A DNA stretch of 64,000 nucleotides, taken from contig JAIPBX010000001.1 of assembly GCA_021738485.1 (NCBI GenBank), positions 4,702-68,701 of the forward strand, read 5' to 3'. Positions 1-9,462 of this stretch are shown piece by piece. A program made the translations under genes and the position numbers. Every line of letters begins with the position of its first letter. Position 1 is the stretch's first letter. The DNA is from Bacteroidales bacterium. GTDB taxonomy: Bacteria > Bacteroidota > Bacteroidia > Bacteroidales > JAIPAH01. The notes beneath the pieces are model-generated. The model saw nothing but the letters and a program-made list of their open reading frames with translations. It searched no databases and was not told the origin of the DNA.

Positions 1-1339
1 CCGTGGAATGTCTTCGATAATCACCGGTGGCCGGCAGGGGAACGGTCCGGCTATACATAGCTTTCCGGTTTTTGAGGAAGGAGAGCTTTTCTTCGCGACT
101 CATGCGTTTAGTGAGCCATTCGCCGTCGGGACTCAGCCGGATAATCCGGGTGTGAAGCTCATCGACATTGCGGTAAGAGACCGAGGCGGGGAAAGGCCCT
201 CCGGGGAGGTTGCCGTATTCCACATCGACACTCAGGTTTTTTCGGAGAATCTGTTGCTTCAATCCTTCCGCCTTTTTAGCGCCGTACGTTCCGGGATATT
301 TTTCAATGGCCATTTCGCAATGTTTCATGGCTTTTTTGGGGTCTCCGAAAGTCTGTTCAGATTTGTAGGGAACCTGCCTTCCCGGTGAATAATAAAGCTC
401 AGCGATTTTATACTGAACCAGCGCCCATTCTGGGCTATCCTCCACTTTCGAAGCAAAGCCTTCGAGCGATTCCAGGTAACGCTCTTCCTTATCCGGGCGG
501 GTGTAATTCTCATAAACAAACTCCAGGCGCTGGAGATTGGCTTCGGAAAGTGCTTTGGGGGCATCTTTGTGAATCTCCAACAATTTCTGGTAAACATGAA
601 GCGGCAGCAAGCGGCTGTTCTTTTTATCCAAATCCAACTTTGCAAACGCTTCGATATCACTGAAATATTTTGAATCATTATAATAAACCTCCAGGTTCGC
701 CTCCGTTAACAGGTAGTCGGAGCTCTTCATAAACCTCAGCGAGCGGTATGCCAGGAAGTCATAGAGGGTAGGCCGCAACCCTTCGGTGTAATCCTCTTCT
801 TTAAGAATTTCGGAATACACATCCAGGGAGATTCCGGCAAGTTTTTCTGAATTTTGGATAGATTGCAGATAGTGCTTTTTCGCTTCAGCAAGAATAGTGC
901 GGATATCCCAGGTCGAAAGACGGGACGAGTCTACATCCACCTGGCTGCGGTTGCTGATTTGATAACGGTTTTGCTTGTAGTAATTCCAGTACAGCTCGCC
1001 AAGCACAGAGTGGAGAATGGCCTTTCGAACGGGCTTTTGAGTTTTTTCTACTTCCTCAGAGATGTCACTGATTGCCTTTTCGTTGTAGTTCACCTCAAAC
1101 TGCGACCGGAAAGAAATTTTATTAATCACGGCCTTGATGAACTGGGGCGTGTTGTTGTCCTTTTTGGCTTGCTTGTAGATTTCGTTAACCACTTCGAGGG
1201 CCGAACGTGGCAAGCCCTGGTCGGCATATTTTTCAACTAATTTCCATTGTTTCTTATAATCTTTGTCCTGCGGTTGATTCGCAAAAGCGGAGAGCAATAC
1301 CACCACAGCCAAAATAAGCGAGATCCAAAGATATTTCAT
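1..1339 (-). CDS. alpha-2-macroglobulin/MG2-domain family lipoprotein, N-terminal ~446 aa (partial, continues past left edge)
   Basis: It is absent from the ORF track because it has no stop codon inside the window. My own translation from ATG 1339..1337 stays open to position 2: MKYLWISLILAVVVLLSAFANQ (signal peptide) ...KKQWKLVEKYADQGLPRSALEVVNEIYKQAKKDNNTPQFIKAV...LGELYWNYYKQNRYQISNRS. I recall this N-terminal pattern from the very large Bacteroidota alpha-2-macroglobulin-like proteins. Track ORFs 8..388, 325..678, 385..663 and 854..1240 are shadow frames of it. Confidence 0.6.
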   Translation of the reverse strand, partial: MKYLWISLILAVVVLLSAFANQPQDKDYKKQWKLVEKYADQGLPRSALEVVNEIYKQAKKDNNTPQFIKAVINKISFRSQFEVNYNEKAISDISEEVEKTQKPVRKAILHSVLGELYWNYYKQNRYQISNRSQVDVDSSRLSTWDIRTILAEAKKHYLQSIQNSEKLAGISLDVYSEILKEEDYTEGLRPTLYDFLAYRSLRFMKSSDYLLTEANLEVYYNDSKYFSDIEAFAKLDLDKKNSRLLPLHVYQKLLEIHKDAPKALSEANLQRLEFVYENYTRPDKEERYLESLEGFASKVEDSPEWALVQYKIAELYYSPGRQVPYKSEQTFGDPKKAMKHCEMAIEKYPGTYGAKKAEGLKQQILRKNLSVDVEYGNLPGGPFPASVSYRNVDELHTRIIRLSPDGEWLTKRMSREEKLSFLKNRKAMYSRTVPLPATGDYRRHST

Positions 1340-1601
1340 GATTATTTAAGTTTGATTTCCGTTAAAATAACAAATTTTATTCCGAAAAGGTGGTGAGATT
1401 TTGGATTAAATTTTTTAATTGGTGGATGGTTTCAGTCGGGCTTAGATCTACCTGCATCCGGTAATGCCGCCGATTAAAATCACATCTTTGCGCAGCAAGA
1501 GGCGTTTCATACAAAAAAACCGCTGGCTCTCACACCCCATTACAAAGCTCCGGGAGGTCTCTCGCTTCGCTCGAAAACCGTATTGGTGTAAATGAGGAGG
1601 C

Positions 1602-1638
1602 CCCCGCCCGTACCGAATGCCGGTACATTCGGGCGGGG
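1602..1638. repeat. GC-rich palindromic hairpin mini-element (CCCCGCCCG...CGGGCGGGG)
   Basis: The 9-nt arms ccccgcccg (1602..1610) and cgggcgggg (1630..1638) are perfectly complementary. The inner part taccgaatgccggtacatt can form alternative stems. It is a reverse-complement relative of the insert at 11534..11565. Confidence 0.8.
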
Positions 1639-2025
1639 ACCTCCCAATTTATCGTAATGCGTTTAGCAACAATGCCTTGAACCAAATCCTCGGAAGTGTC
1701 GACTGAAGCGCGCCCTTATCGAATCCACGAATCTTCGGGATTAGGGAGGGGATCTCCCAATTTACCGTAATACGACCGGCAAAAATGATTTAAACCACAA
1801 TCCCAAGTGCAACGATTAAAGCCCGCCCGAATCCCAAGGCATTGGGGGTTAATTACAAATGGTAAAAATACATAGCTTTTCCAAAAAAATAATAATGGAA
1901 TCAAATTATCGATCATGAGCGCCCTTTTTAAAAAAGCTTGAAGTTTTTCAAACAAGATTCTACAGCAAAGTTGCTTTGTCAATAAAAAATAATTAACTTT
2001 GGCGTTAGTAACGTAATGCGTAATT

Positions 2026-2304
2026 ATGATTGTCTCCTTCGGCTCAAAGGATACTGAAAGAATTTGGAATGGGGTACGTGTAAAGTCGCTTCCACAGGAG
2101 ATACAGCAAGCAGGAAGAAGAAAACTGAGAATGTTAAACAACTCACAGGATTTAAATGATTTAAGAATACCGCCTTCCAACCGGCTTGAAAAGCTTAAAG
2201 GCACCGATTATTTCAGTATTCGAATAAATGACCAGTGGAGAATCATATTTAAATGGAATGACGATAAAGCATACGAAGTAGAAATCATTGATTATCATCA
2301 ATAA
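2026..2304 (+). CDS. higB: HigB-type (RelE/ParE superfamily, 'killer protein') toxin
   Basis: 92 aa. The sequence SFGSKDTERIWNG...LRMLNNSQDLNDLRIPPSNRLEKLKGTDYFSIRINDQWRIIFKWNDDKAYEVEIIDYH matches the HigB/killer-protein pattern (LxxLkGdr..wSirin.qwRi.F....g.a..v...DYH). The toxin lies upstream of the antitoxin, as in higBA. Confidence 0.85.
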   Translation: MIVSFGSKDTERIWNGVRVKSLPQEIQQAGRRKLRMLNNSQDLNDLRIPPSNRLEKLKGTDYFSIRINDQWRIIFKWNDDKAYEVEIIDYHQ

Positions 2305-2317
2305 AGGAAAGTAGAAA

Positions 2318-2620
2318 ATGGAACGATTACAAAATGTTCATCCAGGGGAAGTTTTACAAGAGGATTTTTTAAAGCCATTGAAAGTCTCAGCTTATAGAGT
2401 AGCTAAAGATATCGATATTCCACAAACACGTGTTTCTCAAATAATAAAAGGCAGACGTCGCATTACTGCCGATACGGCATTAAGGTTGAGTGCTTATTTT
2501 GGTAATTCCCCAAAATTTTGGCTGGGATTGCAAAATGATTATGATATTGAAGAAGAAAAACGTGAAAAGGCGGAAGTCTTTAGCCGAATCAAAAATAAAG
2601 TAAAACAGATTGGCGATTAA
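2318..2620 (+). CDS. higA: HigA-type antitoxin, XRE-family HTH
   Basis: 100 aa. HPGEVLQEDFLKPLKVSAYRVAKDIDIPQTRVSQIIKGRRRITADTALRLSAYFGNSPKFWLGLQNDYD is the canonical HigA/VapI HTH signature. It starts 14 nt after higB. Confidence 0.85.
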   Translation: MERLQNVHPGEVLQEDFLKPLKVSAYRVAKDIDIPQTRVSQIIKGRRRITADTALRLSAYFGNSPKFWLGLQNDYDIEEEKREKAEVFSRIKNKVKQIGD

Positions 2621-2702
2621 TAACGGCATCTTAGTTTTTTTTGCCTTTAATTACCTACTTCCTCTATTCATCCATTTCCCGTTTTATAGGTTATTATAAT
2701 GG

Positions 2703-3626
2703 ATGATCTACAAAACAAATCTTATCTTTGAAAAAAAGAAGTGTATGATTGCCGACTCGACCAAAAACAGTATTGAATCTTACCTTAGAGAGGTTCACGA
2801 CCGCGTGGTTAAAATAACTTATCATACCGATTTGCAATTGGGCACTTTCAATCGTACCTGCCTGATAGAAACGTCGGTGGGTAAATATTTCCTTAAGCAC
2901 AATCAAAATGCTGAGTACCCAGCTATTTTTGAAAAAGAAGCCAAAGGCCTCAAGCTCCTCCGCGCTACTGAAACTATACATGTGCCTGAAGTCATTTTCT
3001 ACGACCAAACCAGCAGTGAAGCATTCATCTTGCTTGAGTATATCGAACCTTCTACCGAAAATGATGAATTCTGGGATAACTTCGGCAGAGCTTTAGCCCG
3101 GTTACATCAACGCAGCAATGATTACTTCGGCCTGGACTACGACAACTACATCGGCCCAATGCAACAGGTCAATAGCCCTCACGAATCGTGGACCGACTTT
3201 TTCGTGCAAGAGCGGCTGGAACGACTCGTAAAAATGGCCCGCGATGCAAAAATCATAGGAAAAGATATCGTTTCGGGTTTTGAGAATCTTTATCCGCAAC
3301 TCACCAAATTTTTCCCACCCGAGCCTCCTGCACTACTGCACGGTGACCTATGGGATAAAAACTATATCGTTTCCCAGGACAACCAGGTCAGCCTTATAGA
3401 CCCGGCCGTTTATTATGGTCACCGCGAAATGGATGTTGCTATGACAAGGCTTTTTGACCCGTTTGATGAGCGTTTTTATGAGGCCTATAATGAAGAATTT
3501 CCCCTTGAGAAAAACTGGAAAGAGCGCGTAGATATCTACAATCTTTATCCATACCTGGTGCAGATAAACTTATTCGGGGAAGAACATATCAAACCCGTAA
3601 AAAAAATAGTGAAACGTTTTTCATAA
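2703..3626 (+). CDS. fructosamine/ketosamine-3-kinase family protein
   Basis: It has a kinase-like fold with YFLKHN...FEKEAKGLKLL and the catalytic region PALLHGDLWDKNYIV...LIDPAVYYGHREMDVAM. The real start may be the internal ATG at 2745 (MIADST...). Confidence 0.8.
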   Translation: MIYKTNLIFEKKKCMIADSTKNSIESYLREVHDRVVKITYHTDLQLGTFNRTCLIETSVGKYFLKHNQNAEYPAIFEKEAKGLKLLRATETIHVPEVIFYDQTSSEAFILLEYIEPSTENDEFWDNFGRALARLHQRSNDYFGLDYDNYIGPMQQVNSPHESWTDFFVQERLERLVKMARDAKIIGKDIVSGFENLYPQLTKFFPPEPPALLHGDLWDKNYIVSQDNQVSLIDPAVYYGHREMDVAMTRLFDPFDERFYEAYNEEFPLEKNWKERVDIYNLYPYLVQINLFGEEHIKPVKKIVKRFS

Positions 3627-3683
3627 ATTGCCTGTCATAAAATTATTAAGTAATTGAATTTCCAAAATTTTAATAACTATTCT

Positions 3684-5036
3684 ATGAAGAAGTTCAGATT
3701 ATTTATCCTTTTGGGTATTTTTTGTTTTTCATTTAGCGACCTTGCCGCGCAGCCTGCCGGCAAATGGGAAGGAAGTATAGACGTTGCAGGACAACAAATA
3801 GATATAGAAATCCAATTTTCAAACAGCAAAAATAACTTGGGCGGAGTCCTAAGTATCCCCTCGCAAGGTGCTTATGGGTTAAAGCTCAACTCGGTGGAGT
3901 GGAAAAATCCTCAAATATCTTTCAAGGTCGACACCGCAACTACACATCTCACATTCGAAGGCGAACTAGCTAATGATTCCATTACAGGAAAGTTCCTTCA
4001 ATCAGGCTACGAGGGCACATTTTGCCTTACGAAAAAGCAACAAAAGAAAACCCCGTGGGTGGACCGGGAAGTCACATTTAAGAGCGGTGACCTGACACTC
4101 GCAGGAACTTTAAGCCTACCCGATTCAACAGGAACGTATCCGGGTGTCGTCCTGGTCAGTGGCAGCGGCGGTCAGGACCGTTCGGAAAATGTGGGCGGGT
4201 TTAAGGTTTTTGATAAGCTGGCTGCGGCCTTGCTGAAAAAAGGAATTGCCGTTATCCGCTACGACGACCGTGGCACAGGAGAATCGGAGGGAAAGGATGT
4301 AATGAATTACACCACCCCCGAGCTGGCGAAAGATGCAGAAGCCGCTTTCCAAAAATTGATTTCCAACGCGCATGTTAATAAAGCAAAATCCGGAATCATA
4401 GGCCATAGCGAAGGAGCTATCATTGCAGGAGATGTGGCCCGGAATAACCCGGAAGTTGATTTTATTCTTCTTATGGCCGGAAGCGCAGTACGAGGCGATA
4501 AATTGCTTTTGGCTCAATCGAAGGCGATCATGAAAACCCAGGGTATGGATGAGAATTATGTGAAAAGCATTATCGAGCTCAACAAAAAAATATATTCCCG
4601 CCTAATGAAGGAAAAAGTGGATTGGGATAAGCTAAAAGATGAACTCTGGCAGGGATTTGCAGGCTTGAAGAAGAAAGAGGAATTGACTGCTATGGACTCG
4701 GCTACAATAAAAAAACAGGTGAACGCCCAGATGACTTCCATGCGAAAACCGTGGTTCAGGCATTTTGTGAAGCTTAATCCCATAGAGATTTACAAAGACG
4801 TAGGTGTTCCGGCTATGGCGATGTTTGGCGGAAAAGACAGCCAGGTTCCTGCCCGCCAGAATGCGCGGGCAATAGAAAAAATGGGGAAAGAGAATTTTGA
4901 AATCAAACTTTTCCCTGACGCTAATCACCTTTTTCAGAAAGCTGAAACGGGCTCACCCATGGAATATGGCTCGCTGGATAAAGAGTTTGTAAACGGTTTT
5001 ACGAATTTTATTGTCGAGTGGATTAAGGAACAGTAA
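3684..5036 (+). CDS. secreted alpha/beta-hydrolase (S9/dienelactone-hydrolase-like)
   Basis: The signal peptide MKKFRLFILLGIFCFSFSDLAAQ begins at ATG 3684; the track start at 3654 is a TTG. A nucleophile elbow GHSEGA is present, along with PGVVLVSGSGGQDR and a C-terminal FPDANH motif. Confidence 0.7.
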   Translation: MKKFRLFILLGIFCFSFSDLAAQPAGKWEGSIDVAGQQIDIEIQFSNSKNNLGGVLSIPSQGAYGLKLNSVEWKNPQISFKVDTATTHLTFEGELANDSITGKFLQSGYEGTFCLTKKQQKKTPWVDREVTFKSGDLTLAGTLSLPDSTGTYPGVVLVSGSGGQDRSENVGGFKVFDKLAAALLKKGIAVIRYDDRGTGESEGKDVMNYTTPELAKDAEAAFQKLISNAHVNKAKSGIIGHSEGAIIAGDVARNNPEVDFILLMAGSAVRGDKLLLAQSKAIMKTQGMDENYVKSIIELNKKIYSRLMKEKVDWDKLKDELWQGFAGLKKKEELTAMDSATIKKQVNAQMTSMRKPWFRHFVKLNPIEIYKDVGVPAMAMFGGKDSQVPARQNARAIEKMGKENFEIKLFPDANHLFQKAETGSPMEYGSLDKEFVNGFTNFIVEWIKEQ

Positions 5037-5435
5037 ATATTTCAATACCATCCAAAGAATAGGGGTTTTCTGCTAATGTGAGCTAGACAGCTCTACTTCT
5101 ACCTGAGAGACGGGGTAGGATTGAGAGACGTAAAAACTAATGATGCCGAAGGCATCACATGTGTGATAAATTGAAAATTCCCATTAAATCCTGACGACCT
5201 CAGGAGGTCGAATATTTCAGCGGTTAATCAATTCTGCTCCTATAAGGTTCCTCTCAAGTCGAATTGCACAATTTGCGCGATGAGGGGTTTGGTTTTTGAG
5301 ATTTGAAATTTGGAATTTTTTCTACGTATCCCTTTGCGTAAATTTTGAACTTTAATTTTCAGCAGAAAACCATATTAATCATTATCTTGGCTAAAGAAAA
5401 CAATTCGGGCAAACCGGATCATTAAAAAAGCAAAA

Positions 5436-7430
5436 ATGAGTACGAATCAACCCATTTGGAAAACCGACCCATGGCTCGAGCCTTACAAAGAGACCATTGA
5501 CGGACGGGCAGAAGCTGCTGAAGACAAGGAAAAAGAACTTCTGACGACGGCTAAAAGCATGTACGATTTTGCCAACGGGCATCATTTCTTCGGGCTTCAT
5601 CGCACTGAAAGCGGCTGGGCTTTCAGGGAATGGGCCCCGAATGCCACAGCTATATTCCTGATAGGAGACTTCAACAACTGGGAAGAAAGGGAGGACTACA
5701 AGCTTGAGCGAAGAGACAATGGCGTGTGGGAGCTTGAACTAGACAAAGATAAAATCCACCATGAAGACCAGTATAAGCTCTCAATGCATTGGGATGGCGG
5801 CAGCGGCGAACGCATTCCGGCATATGCCAATAGAGTAGTGCAGGACGAGCAGACCAAAATTTTCAGCACACAGGTATGGGACCCGGAAAAGAAATACAAA
5901 TGGAAAAACGATCCGGAAAACGCTTTCGATGAATCGCCGCTGATTTACGAAGCTCATGTGGGAATGGCCACGGAGAAAGAGGATGTGGGTTCGTTTGAGG
6001 AGTTCCGAACAAAGATACTTCCCCGAATCAAAAAAGCGGGCTACAATGTCATCCAGCTTATGGCTATCCAGGAACATCCGTATTACGGATCGTTTGGGTA
6101 TCACGTCTCTAACTTTTTTGCGGTTTCTTCACGTTTCGGTACGCCTGAAGAATTTAAAAAACTGGTAGATGAAGCCCATGGCATGGGGATCCGCATTATC
6201 ATCGATTTGATTCATTCCCACTCGGTCAAGAATGTCAACGAAGGGCTGAACCTTTTTGACGGAACGCCTTACCAGTATTTCCATGAAGGCGACCGCCGTG
6301 AGCACCCAGCGTGGGACTCGCTGTGTTTCAACTACGGCAAAAATGAAGTTATCCACTTCCTGCTTTCCAACATCAAATTCTGGATGGAAGAATACCACGT
6401 CGACGGATTCCGCTTTGACGGGGTAACCAGCATGCTGTACTACGACCATGGTCTGGAACGTTCCTTCGACCACTACGATAAGTACTTTGACGGCACCCAG
6501 GATGAAGACGCGCTGACTTACCTGAAGCTGGCCAATAAATTAATCCACAAGGTGCATGAGGATGCGATTTCGGTAGCCGAAGATATGAGTGGCTATCCGG
6601 GACTGGCGGCACCGGTGAAGGCCGGCGGACTGGGATTTGACCACCGCCTGGCAATGGGCGTTCCCGATTACTGGATAAAAACAATTAAAGAACAAAATGA
6701 TGAGGACTGGAGTGTGGGCAACATTTTCTGGGAACTCACCAACAAACGGCCCGAAGAAAAGACCGTAAGCTACGCTGAATCCCATGACCAGGCGCTGGTG
6801 GGTGATAAAACGATCATTTTCCGGCTCATCGATAAAGAAATGTACTGGCACATGAACAAAGCCAGCCAAAGTATCGTAGTAGATCGTGGCATTGCGCTCC
6901 ATAAGATGATTCGGTTGATTACGATCGCTACATCAGGGGGTGGCTACCTCAACTTCATGGGCAATGAGTTCGGGCACCCCGAATGGATTGACTTTCCACG
7001 GGAAGGGAATAACTGGTCGTATAAGTATGCCCGCCGCCAGTGGAGCCTGGTGGATAACGACGAGCTTCGTTACCAGGAGCTAGATAAGTTTGATAAGGCC
7101 ATGGTTGAGCTTATCCGCGAGAACTTCCACCTGGATGAATCCCGACCTGATTCCTACTACGAACATGAGGATGACCAGGTCCTGGTGTTTTACCGCGAAG
7201 GATTTGTATTTGTGTTCAATTTCAACCCAGATGAGTCGTTTGAAGATTACAAGATTCCGGCAGAAAAAGGGAGTTACGAGATTGTCCTGAATTCAGATGC
7301 CAAAGATTTCGGTGGTTTCGGGCGAGTGGATGATTCGTTGGAATACAAAACGATTGAGGAAGGAATGACCAGCCCGTTGATGCTCTACATCCCGAATCGA
7401 ACGGCGATGGTTTTAAAGAAGAAAGAGTAG
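5436..7430 (+). CDS. glgB: 1,4-alpha-glucan branching enzyme (GH13, eukaryote-like subfamily)
   Basis: 664 aa. GH13 conserved regions are DLIHSH, GFRFDGVTSM, AEDMSGYP and SHDQALVGD. An N-terminal CBM48-like region is present (FREWAPNATAIFLIGDFNNW). Confidence 0.85.
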   Translation: MSTNQPIWKTDPWLEPYKETIDGRAEAAEDKEKELLTTAKSMYDFANGHHFFGLHRTESGWAFREWAPNATAIFLIGDFNNWEEREDYKLERRDNGVWELELDKDKIHHEDQYKLSMHWDGGSGERIPAYANRVVQDEQTKIFSTQVWDPEKKYKWKNDPENAFDESPLIYEAHVGMATEKEDVGSFEEFRTKILPRIKKAGYNVIQLMAIQEHPYYGSFGYHVSNFFAVSSRFGTPEEFKKLVDEAHGMGIRIIIDLIHSHSVKNVNEGLNLFDGTPYQYFHEGDRREHPAWDSLCFNYGKNEVIHFLLSNIKFWMEEYHVDGFRFDGVTSMLYYDHGLERSFDHYDKYFDGTQDEDALTYLKLANKLIHKVHEDAISVAEDMSGYPGLAAPVKAGGLGFDHRLAMGVPDYWIKTIKEQNDEDWSVGNIFWELTNKRPEEKTVSYAESHDQALVGDKTIIFRLIDKEMYWHMNKASQSIVVDRGIALHKMIRLITIATSGGGYLNFMGNEFGHPEWIDFPREGNNWSYKYARRQWSLVDNDELRYQELDKFDKAMVELIRENFHLDESRPDSYYEHEDDQVLVFYREGFVFVFNFNPDESFEDYKIPAEKGSYEIVLNSDAKDFGGFGRVDDSLEYKTIEEGMTSPLMLYIPNRTAMVLKKKE

Positions 7431-7526
7431 GTGGAAGAAGTTGGCAGTGGGCACAATGCAGTTGGCAATTAGTTTTGCCTTCTACTTATTATCAAACAAA
7501 TCTCTACACAAAAGCATCAATATTTA

Positions 7527-9230
7527 ATGAAAACCACCAAACCTTACATATACCAGATTTTCACCCGGTTATTCGGGAATAAACAGGAAAAAATGACTTT
7601 CAACGGGAGCCGCGAGGAAAACGGCACGGGGAAGTTTGATGACATTACCCAAAAAGCCCTTGAGATGATTAAAGAACTAGGGATTACCCATGTTTGGTAT
7701 ACCGGCATCATCGAACATGCCTTGGTTCAGGGTTATCCTGAGCACGGCATTCCCGACGGAAATCCGGTGGTGATCAAGGGCAAGGCCGGGTCACCCTATG
7801 CGATTAAGGATTACTACGATGTCAACCCGGATTTGGCTGTGGATGTTTCCAAAAGAATGAGTGAATTCGAGGCGCTGGTGGAACGTACGCACGAGTCGGG
7901 GATGAAAGTCATCATTGATTTCGTACCCAATCACCTGGCGCGGATTTACCATTCGGATGTTAAGCCCGAAGGAGTGAAAGATTTTGGGGAAGATGATAAT
8001 GCAGAGAAAGCCTTTGATCCGCAAAACAACTTTTACTACATCCCGGGCGAGAAACTAATCCTTCCCGAAGAACTGCATCAGCGATTTCCGGGCGTCCTTT
8101 ACGAAGAATTCCCGGCCAAAGCCACCGGGAACGATCAGTTTACCCACCAACCCGGCATAAACGATTGGTATGAAACCGTAAAGCTGAACTATGGAGTCGA
8201 TTATGAAAATGATCACCAAAAGCATTTCGACCCGATTCCGGATACCTGGAAAAAAATGGAGCACATCCTGAAGTACTGGGCGGGTAAAGGAGTGGATGGT
8301 TTTCGGTGCGATATGGCTGAAATGGTCCCTGTGGAATTCTGGGAATGGGTGATTCAACAGGTAAAAGCCGATAATCCTGAAATCATATTCATTGCAGAAA
8401 TATACAATCCGGATGCCTATAGCGAATACATTCGTCGCGGTGGATTTGATTATTTATACGACAAAGTGGATTTGTACGATACGCTGAAGGGTGTGATGCG
8501 AGGTGAACAGCCGGCCAGCGAAATTACCGGCTGCTGGCAATCTTTGCAAGGCAATGATGCCTGCATGCTGCGATTTTTGGAAAACCATGACGAACAGCGA
8601 ATCGCCTCAAGGTTTTTTGCCGGCGACCCGTGGAAAGCCATTCCGGCGATGCTGGTATCGGCCACAATAAACAAAGGTCCCGCCATGCTCTATTTTGGTC
8701 AGGAAGTCGGAGAACCTGCCGAAGGTGCTTCCGGATTCAGCGGCGACGACGGCCGAACCACGATTTTTGACTACTGGCGCGTACCGGAGCATCAGAAGTG
8801 GATGAACAATGGAAACTTCGATGGCGGAAAACTCTCAAATGACCAACAAGCGCTCAGAGAAAAATACAGGGAAATTGGAGAAATAGCCCAAGAAGAAGCC
8901 ATTGTAAATGGACACTTCTATGATTTAATGTATTTCAATGAGGACAGCCCGCAGTTTGATTCCAAAAAAATCTACGCATACATCAGATACACCGGAAATC
9001 AAAAGTTGCTGTTTTTAGCAAATTTTTCCGGGGAGGAAAAACAGATCCGGGTGAAGATCCCAAAACATGCTTTTGAGATGATGGGGATGAAAGATGTCTC
9101 AGAAATTACTTTCAAAAAGCCTGGGGATGATGAATTCCATGCGAATTTAGGTGTTGAGAAAGTGGTTGAGAGTGGGGTGGAGATTGAAGCAGAAAGAAAT
9201 GATTATAAGATTTTAAGAATTAACTCATAG
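7527..9230 (+). CDS. GH13 alpha-amylase family protein
   Basis: 567 aa. GH13 regions are DFVPNH, GFRCDMAEMV, FIAEIY and ENHDEQR. It lies directly downstream of glgB. Confidence 0.8.
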   Translation: MKTTKPYIYQIFTRLFGNKQEKMTFNGSREENGTGKFDDITQKALEMIKELGITHVWYTGIIEHALVQGYPEHGIPDGNPVVIKGKAGSPYAIKDYYDVNPDLAVDVSKRMSEFEALVERTHESGMKVIIDFVPNHLARIYHSDVKPEGVKDFGEDDNAEKAFDPQNNFYYIPGEKLILPEELHQRFPGVLYEEFPAKATGNDQFTHQPGINDWYETVKLNYGVDYENDHQKHFDPIPDTWKKMEHILKYWAGKGVDGFRCDMAEMVPVEFWEWVIQQVKADNPEIIFIAEIYNPDAYSEYIRRGGFDYLYDKVDLYDTLKGVMRGEQPASEITGCWQSLQGNDACMLRFLENHDEQRIASRFFAGDPWKAIPAMLVSATINKGPAMLYFGQEVGEPAEGASGFSGDDGRTTIFDYWRVPEHQKWMNNGNFDGGKLSNDQQALREKYREIGEIAQEEAIVNGHFYDLMYFNEDSPQFDSKKIYAYIRYTGNQKLLFLANFSGEEKQIRVKIPKHAFEMMGMKDVSEITFKKPGDDEFHANLGVEKVVESGVEIEAERNDYKILRINS

Positions 9231-9273
9231 AAAACGTGAAAATTGTGAGCTTGAAAACAAGTGCAGTGGATAT

Positions 9274-9298
9274 AAAAAAACCTGGAGTAAATTCCAGG
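9274..9298 (-). terminator. rho-independent terminator downstream of the minus-strand tRNA-Gly cluster
   Basis: The hairpin cctgga-gtaaat-tccagg (9281..9298) is followed on the minus strand by T7 (the complement of a7 at 9274..9280). Confidence 0.5.
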
Positions 9299-9309
9299 CA
9301 TTTCAATAG

Positions 9310-9382
9310 AGCGAGAAACGGGGCTCGAACCCGCGACCCTCAGCTTGGGATCCGCCTGAGGCGGACTAACACTGAGCTACAG
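9310..9382 (-). pseudogene. tRNA-Gly-like remnant (D-arm to 3' end) with hairpin replacing part of D/anticodon arms
   Basis: Positions 9310..9350 are identical to the 3' part of the intact tRNA-Gly. Then the hairpin tccgcc-tga-ggcgga (9351..9365) replaces agctgatgctcta. The 5' acceptor strand is missing. Confidence 0.75.
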
Positions 9383-9462
9383 AAAACAAGAAAAATACAC
9401 CTCTTGTAGTAGAATGCCATTCGACTAAAAACCCGGAAATTCTTCATGGCAATTCGTCTCTG

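Noticed and set aside
1716-2204. 162-aa minus-strand ORF spanning the repeat array and the 5' part of higB
   Set aside because: It overlaps the well-supported higB on the opposite strand and runs through non-coding repeats. Its composition is Cys/Phe/Leu-rich with no recognisable motif. It is most likely a shadow ORF.
5037-5435. Long non-coding gap checked for a housekeeping RNA (RNase P, tmRNA, SRP/4.5S, 6S)
   Set aside because: None of the signature boxes I know are present, for example GAGGAAAGTCC for RNase P, a GGGGCTGA 5' end with a tRNA-like 3' end for tmRNA, or the SRP domain IV motif.
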